The translations under genes and the position numbers were made by a program. From IMG/VR virus record IMGVR_UViG_2737471839_000014: 24,071 bases of DNA; one strand, written 5' to 3'. The notes under the pieces are model-generated. The model ran no database searches and was not told the origin of the DNA. It saw only the letters and a list, made by a program, of their open reading frames with translations. Below, in pieces: positions 19,158 to 24,071 of this stretch (its first letter is position 1; each line of letters starts with the position of its first letter). The stretch is from a virus (lineage: Duplodnaviria; Heunggongvirae; Uroviricota; Caudoviricetes).

Positions 19158-19553
19158 CTAACCTCGCATGTCAAAGCCAGATTTCTGAAAATCTCTGTAG
19201 ACTTCCGGATTGTTGAAGGCCGGAAATTTGGCTTTATGAGCTGCGGACTTTATCGCTTCGCAATAGGCTTTATCACCGTTACTGGTAGATATTTTTAACG
19301 CCGTGCCATCCTGAGAGAATTCCATATGCAACCTGCATTTTTTCCCTTTCCAGTTATGCGGCTCATCAAGTTTGGCATTAATTGCAGCTCTGATTCCCCG
19401 CGCTTGCGCCCCCCATTCATCCTGATCATCCCAGCGTCCTGAACTGCAACTACCTGTAGCAGTAGTTTTGTGGCAATCTGAAGGGTGTAAAGGTGTGCAT
19501 CCCGCAACAAAACCGACCCAAAAAGTCAACATAACGATTTTCTTTAATCCCAC
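19158..19553 (-). CDS. lipoprotein with diverged TolA C-terminal domain III-like fold (paralog 2)
   Basis: 131 aa; GTG start at 19553 with GAGGAG SD (alternative ATG at 19532); signal peptide with lipobox VAGC; C-terminal half ...KGKKCRLHMEFSQDGTALKISTSNGDKAYCEAIKSAAHKAKFPAFNNPEVYRDFQKSGFD shares spacing of Cys pair and Gly/Asp positions with paralog 1 and TolA domain III. Confidence 0.75.
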   Translation of the reverse strand: MGLKKIVMLTFWVGFVAGCTPLHPSDCHKTTATGSCSSGRWDDQDEWGAQARGIRAAINAKLDEPHNWKGKKCRLHMEFSQDGTALKISTSNGDKAYCEAIKSAAHKAKFPAFNNPEVYRDFQKSGFDMRG

Positions 19554-19703
19554 TTCTTGCTCCTCAATCCATTAAAATCTCAGCAATAGTAGTTGTTACG
19601 TCCGCCACTGGCTCAGAGCTGACTATCCGCTAAATTTAGCTCAGTGCCGTAGTTGTGTCAGAACAAACCTAAGCCGAAACCGTTTATTACAAAACAATAA
19701 ATA

Positions 19704-20132
19704 TCAGGGTTTAAAATCCAGCACCCCATTTTGAAATACTTTATATACTTCCGGCGAAGGGGGGGCAGGTATATCAGCATTCTTTATCGCATTCATCGCT
19801 TCACGACATAAATCGAGGTATCCACTTTCTCTTTTAACCTCCAGTAGAAGGCCATTCGGGGCCATATGCATTCTCAGTGTACACTCTTTTCCTGAATACT
19901 TACTCGCATCCCCGAACTGTTTTTCGATGGCGCTCTTGATTTGATGGGCATACAGACGGATATCCTCACTAACATCAGAAGTACGTTCAGATGAACTCAC
20001 ATACTGTGTCTCTATTGCTTTATCGGAGTAATATGATGTACGGTCATGATAATTTGTCGATACAGCATCAGTGCACCCGATAATAATCCCACTAATAATC
20101 AACGTAAGAATTGATGCGCTACGAAAACCCAT
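19704..20132 (-). CDS. lipoprotein with TolA C-terminal domain III-like domain (paralog 1)
   Basis: 142 aa; ATG at 20132 with GAGGA SD; signal peptide MGFRSASILTLIISGIIIGC (lipobox IIGC, Thr at +2); C-terminus YAHQIKSAIEKQFGDASKYSGKECTLRMHMAPNGLLLEVKRESGYLDLCREAMNAIKNADIPAPPSPEVYKVFQNGVLDFKP aligns with recalled E. coli TolA C-terminus YAGQIKSAIESKFYDASSYAGKTCTLRIKLAPDGMLLDIKPEGGDPALCQAALAAAKLAKIPKPPSQAVYEVFKNAPLDFKP. Confidence 0.8.
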   Translation of the reverse strand: MGFRSASILTLIISGIIIGCTDAVSTNYHDRTSYYSDKAIETQYVSSSERTSDVSEDIRLYAHQIKSAIEKQFGDASKYSGKECTLRMHMAPNGLLLEVKRESGYLDLCREAMNAIKNADIPAPPSPEVYKVFQNGVLDFKP

Positions 20133-20831
20133 TTTTCCTCACATATGTCATATAGTAAAGGATTATATATACCGTTGTTTTGGACGCTCAAACAGCGAAT
20201 CAGATCAAATAAAACGCACATTTGTTAACATTTACACAAAGTCTGCGTGGGATATTCTGAAAGAATATCCATAATGTGGAGAGAATCTATTGAAGTGCAT
20301 GGTGCCGGGTGCCTCCCGGTGAATTCAGTACCAGCACCTGAATCCACGATTATCCCATATACCTACTCGCTGATTGCCCCTCCGCATAGGGGGATTCACC
20401 ATGCCAGTTTCTTTTAACAAACTCCCCGCAAACCAGACAACAGTCAACCGCCTGAATTGTGAAGTATTTAAAAATTTCTCCCGCTAACTGATACCCGGCT
20501 AACAGTCTGGCGTTTTCTTTTTCAGCAACGGGAAAGCAACAACCACCACACCCGCCACCAGCACACCGTCAGCCAGCACTGACATTATCCGGCTGCTGCA
20601 ATGCCATTCACAAAAACAGTAAGCAATCACTTTTTACCGTAACAGGTGATAATCCAGATATGTATCTACCCCAGATGAGTAATCCGAAGTTCATCCATAC
20701 CACAGGTCCTGGCTATTCTGTTGTACTCCTGAACAAGAGCAAATAATTCTGAATTAGCAACCATGAACTCATCGCAAACCCTCTGTATAGCATCACTATT
20801 CAGAATAATAACGTCTCTTCCCGAAAGACGA

Positions 20832-21245
20832 TCAGGAGTACAGAACAAAACTGTCAAACGGCTGAAGGCCTTTGCTCGTGCTGCATTGACTATACAACAC
20901 CATTGCGCCGGTACCATAACGGTGAATGACGGTTTCGCTGTGATGATAATCGCCGTGTGGCCACTGGCAGGATTTAATATGGCGCAACAGCCAGTCAGAC
21001 AATGCACCAGCACCACCAGCAGCACGAATCACCCGTGCGTTACTGAAAAACGGCAGCAATGTTTTGTCTTCCACCAGCGGCTGGCGAGCGGCAGGGACGA
21101 CCCCGGACGGCAGATTACGCATGCTTTTCGGTTCCGGCTCCACCAGTAACCGGGTATTGTGGAATACCGGCATGGATTCACGGCCCGGCTTAACGATCAC
21201 CAGCCCGAGTTCCGGTACCAGAACAGGTCGAAGTAATACCCGCAC
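20832..21245 (-). CDS. hypothetical protein in the late-regulator (Q) position
   Basis: 137 aa; GTG start directly after upstream ORF stop with GGAGG 4 nt upstream; no recognised motif; overlapped by an alternative-frame ORF (20666..21025). Confidence 0.35.
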   Translation of the reverse strand: MRVLLRPVLVPELGLVIVKPGRESMPVFHNTRLLVEPEPKSMRNLPSGVVPAARQPLVEDKTLLPFFSNARVIRAAGGAGALSDWLLRHIKSCQWPHGDYHHSETVIHRYGTGAMVLYSQCSTSKGLQPFDSFVLYS

Positions 21246-21246
21246 G

Positions 21247-21525
21247 TTACCTCCAGATGCGTTGCTGGAATGTGCGGGACGGACGCGGTGGGCGTTCGGA
21301 GTAAGGAAGCCTGACGGAGATTATCCAGTGACGGTAGTCGAGGCTAAGGGCTTTTTTAACCTCGCATCCGCGCCTGCGGTAACACTGAATGAGCCATTCG
21401 GCCTGTTCTTCAGTGCATGGGGGATGCTGGTACCAGTCTGACTTAAATGTGTGAGAATACCGCTCGTGCGTGTGGGCAAGAACGGTCGAATTATCATGAT
21501 TGTAATATTTTGCGTTGCGTGCCAT
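21247..21525 (-). CDS. hypothetical Cys/His-containing small protein
   Basis: 92 aa; ATG at 21525 with GGAGA SD; three Cys and several His (PPCTEE...CYRRRGCE); function not recognised. Confidence 0.4.
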   Translation of the reverse strand: MARNAKYYNHDNSTVLAHTHERYSHTFKSDWYQHPPCTEEQAEWLIQCYRRRGCEVKKALSLDYRHWIISVRLPYSERPPRPSRTFQQRIWR

Positions 21526-21591
21526 CGGTTTTCTCCGGTGGCACGGTGTTACTCAGCGGGAGTTCAGCCCCGCGCAAGATTGTAGATGAGT

Positions 21592-21843
21592 TTATTCTTC
21601 TGAAAAAGCAGAAAAGCCAGCTTTTATTCCGATCTCTTTCAATGCCTGTAATGAAGTGACAAACTCACCGTCGCGCAAGATAAATCCGTCCGTCACTCGG
21701 GCATCCACAAAATTAATTAACGCAGCCCCATTTTTTTGCAAACACACAATGCGGTAATGACTAGCAATATTTCCATTTTCAACGCACACAGCATAGAGGC
21801 CATCTTCACAAAAAATTTTACGCAGTTCTTCGATGTTCATCAT
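21592..21843 (-). CDS. hypothetical small protein
   Basis: 83 aa; ATGATG start at 21843/21840 with AAGGA SD; N-terminus MNIEEL shared with the gnsB-like ORF; same size and relative position as rem of K-12 Qin (not verified by sequence). Confidence 0.5.
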   Translation of the reverse strand: MMNIEELRKIFCEDGLYAVCVENGNIASHYRIVCLQKNGAALINFVDARVTDGFILRDGEFVTSLQALKEIGIKAGFSAFSEE

Positions 21844-21957
21844 CAGAATCCTTCCGGATAATTAGCTCTCCCCTTTAAGGGACCATCCCTCTTATCCCTG
21901 CGCGCTACTTAAGTATTTTTGATTCTATTCCGGCACCATCCAGAACTTCAAATGCGT

Positions 21958-21990
21958 TGAAAATAAAAACAAAAACCCGCCGAAGCGGGT
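21958..21990 (-). terminator. intrinsic terminator downstream of hokD
   Basis: minus strand ACCCGCTTCGGCGGGT (GC stem, TTCG loop) followed by TTTTTGTTTTTATTTT, about 70 nt after the hokD stop. Confidence 0.65.
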
Positions 21991-22059
21991 TAAGTGCGGG
22001 TGCGTTGAGGATGCCTGCCACATCAGAGGTGGCGAGGGATTTCTCACTCGCCGGGTCTC

Positions 22060-22215
22060 TTACTCCTCAGGTTCGTAAGCTGTGAAGACAGCGACCTCCG
22101 TCTGGCCGGTTCGGATTCGTACCTCGCAGAGGTCTTTCCTCGTTACCAGTGCCGTCACTATGACGGTTAAACAGATGACGATCAGGGCGATTAACATCGC
22201 CTTTTGCTGCTTCAT
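22060..22215 (-). CDS. hokD: Hok/Gef family type I toxin (HokD/RelF-like)
   Basis: 51 aa MKQQKAMLIALIVICLTVIVTALVTRKDLCEVRIRTGQTEVAVFTAYEPEE, matches recalled HokD; ATG at 22215 with AAGGAG SD; track ORF 22060..22272 is an in-frame upstream extension. Confidence 0.9.
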   Translation of the reverse strand: MKQQKAMLIALIVICLTVIVTALVTRKDLCEVRIRTGQTEVAVFTAYEPEE

Positions 22216-22472
22216 AGCCTGCTTCTCCTTGCCTTTCGGCACGTAAGAGGCTAACCTACATGTGTCTAGCATGAAATTGGCCTCAGATTAATGTTAAGCG
22301 TCTTGCAGGACGCGTAATGTTAACTGGGGCTTTTCTCTACCTGCCGTTGGTGTTCGTGCCCGAGGCAGATAGCCTCAAGCACCCGCAGTCATTCTACTTA
22401 ACTAAGATTTCCCCGCAAACCGTTTTGTCCAGCACAGTAAATATCCAACTAAACCAATGGAGTTCGCTGTAT

Positions 22473-22652
22473 TTACCGCCAGTATTCAATGCACATGACC
22501 GCCATGAACACCCCTAAAAAAAGGGCATTTATATATCCAAATATTAATATCAAAACATCAACTTTTTCCATATACCTTGCTGTGAAGATGATGGGCATAC
22601 ATGATGCGAACAACCAGAACGCAACAAACAAAAACTGCAATGCGTTTTTCAT
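22473..22652 (-). CDS. small membrane protein (two predicted TM helices), unknown function
   Basis: ATG at 22652 preceded by GGGGGA; 59 aa MKNALQFLFVAFWLFASCMPIIFTARYMEKVDVLILIFGYINALFLGVFMAVMCIEYWR; track ORF starts at upstream GTG. Confidence 0.4.
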   Translation of the reverse strand: MKNALQFLFVAFWLFASCMPIIFTARYMEKVDVLILIFGYINALFLGVFMAVMCIEYWR

Positions 22653-23134
22653 TATTCCCCCTACAATCAATGTGCAATAACATTTAAACACACCTCAATT
22701 TAGCCGGACATATAAATATCTAAACCAGAAAAAATCACTTACATAGCGTTACAAACTCTTTAGTCTAAATATTCATCGTAAAACATTCCCCATACTTATC
22801 AGCCCGTTCTGCGCCAGGTAGCTCATTGCCTTATCTGGGAACCTGTAATCAGGTTTCCGGATGCTGGTGGATTTTCGCGTTTTAGTTGTTCATAAAAGTG
22901 CACAGCTTTAACCAGTTCTTCTGATGTAACCGGGACTGGCGGGGCAGTGAATAAGGCCTGAATTTCATAGTTCGGCCTATCGTTACAATCCTCTTTTTTC
23001 GGTACATATTTCCAGTCACCAGACCACTACTTCCCCTGAAAGTCCGTAACGCCTTTTTTTCACGTAGCGATATCGCCATGCCACTGTTTTTGCTTGCCCC
23101 GCCGTTTCATGCCCTTCCTGATAATTAACCTCGC

Positions 23135-23311
23135 TCATTCATCGCCCCACTCATCACAATATGCTTCGACCGGAGTTTTTCCTGCTTCATAATCATCACG
23201 CCATGCTTCAGCATCAGCAGCACTGCCACCACGTAACTCTGCATAGTCCATTAACAGTTCATGCCATTCTTCAAAACCGACGTTGTATTTAGTTGAACCA
23301 AAATCAGCCAT
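23135..23311 (-). CDS. small acidic protein, unknown function (below ORF-track cutoff)
   Basis: 58 aa MADFGSTKYNVGFEEWHELLMDYAELRGGSAADAEAWRDDYEAGKTPVEAYCDEWGDE; ATG at 23311 preceded by GAGGAAG; translated by hand from the sequence. Confidence 0.35.
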   Translation of the reverse strand: MADFGSTKYNVGFEEWHELLMDYAELRGGSAADAEAWRDDYEAGKTPVEAYCDEWGDE

Positions 23312-23348
23312 TTTGTTCTTCCTCTTCGTCTTTTATTTCGTGATATGA

Positions 23349-23486
23349 TTAATTGCAGTAGTTAAAGAAAATATCTTTTGCTTCGTCATGTATTTCATCA
23401 GGCGTCGCATCATTATCCACTTCGAATTCATCCTCGAAATCTCCACCGGCTATTCCCGTTTCAATAATTATTTTAAACTTTCGCAT
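23349..23486 (-). CDS. small acidic protein, unknown function (below ORF-track cutoff)
   Basis: 45 aa MRKFKIIIETGIAGGDFEDEFEVDNDATPDEIHDEAKDIFFNYCN; ATG at 23486 preceded by AGGAGG and a GC hairpin; translated by hand. Confidence 0.3.
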   Translation of the reverse strand: MRKFKIIIETGIAGGDFEDEFEVDNDATPDEIHDEAKDIFFNYCN

Positions 23487-23891
23487 TTAACTACCGCCCT
23501 TTCGGGCGGCCTCCTGATGTTCTGAGGGTGCAGAAATCCCTCCGGTTAAGGATTAAATTTTTAACAGTGCTAAATTTAATTATTCAGTTCTGGATTTTGT
23601 CACCCTGCGTATCCGCGCTTTCCCGTTACGCTCAATCTGAATTAGCTTTTCTATATTTTTTCGCCTTTCCCGTTCCTCCTGGCGCAAGAGCCTTACATCA
23701 TCTGCCAGTCTGGTTTCTCTTTTCGCCACAGAGAGCATCCAGTCAAATGGCTCCACAACTGCACCTCAGATTTTACAGCGGACCTGACGCTCTTTTTCGT
23801 CAACCCGGACAGAAGCGTGATGGCAATATGGTCTTTCCGATGGCTCATAAAGAAAATTAACCTGATTACGAGGGTCATCCTCTTTTATCGG

Positions 23892-24071
23892 TGAACCGCC
23901 CCGGGTTTCCTGGAGAGTGTTTTATCTGTGAACTCAGGCTGCCAGATCATTGTTTCCGATGGAAGCATAATAAGCTTTTTCTGCTTCTGCCGGAGGAGTA
24001 TGGCCCAGCCTTCCCAGCAATCGTCGATTGTTATACCAGTCCACCCACGTGAGTGTGGCCAGTTCCACTTC
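23892..24071. mobile_element. end of an IS3-family insertion sequence (IS629/IS1203-like), truncated by window edge
   Basis: terminal sequence TGAACCGCCCCGGGTTTCCTGGAGAGTG starting at 23892 matches recalled IS629-type inverted repeat; followed by transposase 3' end on minus strand. Confidence 0.65.
23934..24071 (-). CDS. IS3-family transposase OrfB, C-terminal fragment (5' end outside window)
   Basis: minus-strand translation ...EVELATLTWVDWYNNRRLLGRLGHTPPAEAEKAYYASIGNNDLAA stop; resembles C-termini of IS3-family transposases. Confidence 0.7.
   Translation of the reverse strand, partial: EVELATLTWVDWYNNRRLLGRLGHTPPAEAEKAYYASIGNNDLAA

Noticed and set aside
20499-20585. 28-codon hydrophobic minus-strand ORF (MSVLADGVLVAGVVVVAFPLLKKKTPDC) in the Q-S intergenic region
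   Set aside because: Resembles a small membrane toxin in composition but has only a weak SD and no other support; too short to call
20133-20665. Search for tRNA genes in the Q-S intergenic region, as found in some Stx-phage late regions
   Set aside because: No cloverleaf-compatible sequence with a T-loop (GTTCGAATC-like) motif and CCA-proximal acceptor stem seen; only a simple CCGGG/CCCGG hairpin at 20305-20319
20666-21025. 119 aa minus-strand ORF overlapping the 3' half of the 137 aa ORF in another frame
   Set aside because: Starts at a GTG without SD and overlaps a better-supported coupled ORF; could be the C-terminal part of a frameshifted gene but I cannot decide from sequence alone, so it is not listed as a feature
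20930-21130. One-base offset between my base-by-base reading of the printed sequence and the frames implied by the ORF track
   Set aside because: Between about 20941 and 21120 my reading is shifted by one nucleotide relative to track ORFs on both strands and agrees again on either side; treated as a reading or formatting artefact and track coordinates used

Overview
The window is the late (morphogenesis plus lysis) arm of a lambdoid prophage of an Escherichia/Shigella-type host, with essentially every real gene on the minus strand. Read 5'->3' on the minus strand (high to low coordinates): the end of an IS3-family element (23892-24071); an AT-rich accessory block with small ORFs and an orphan hokD toxin gene; ORFs in the antiterminator (Q) position; two tandem lipoproteins whose C-termini resemble TolA domain III; a phage-21/Qin-type lysis cassette (S21-like pinholin, ydfR-like ORF, SAR endolysin, Rz/Rz1); moron genes (cspI-like cold-shock protein, gnsB-like, two hypotheticals); a lambda-like cos site; then terminase small/large, W, portal, a ClpP-protease::major-capsid fusion, head completion genes and a lambda-collinear tail cluster Z-U-V-G/GT-H-M-L-K-I, with the first codons of J at the window edge. 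Calls rest on translation of the ORF track, start-codon/SD inspection and recalled similarity to lambda, phage 21 and E. coli K-12 Qin proteins; no database search was run. The most interesting feature is the TolA-domain-III lipoprotein pair in the Q-S moron slot. The endolysin and the gnsB-like ORF each appear to carry a single-base frameshift at an A-run, which may be sequencing error or prophage decay. No CRISPR array, rRNA or tRNA was found.
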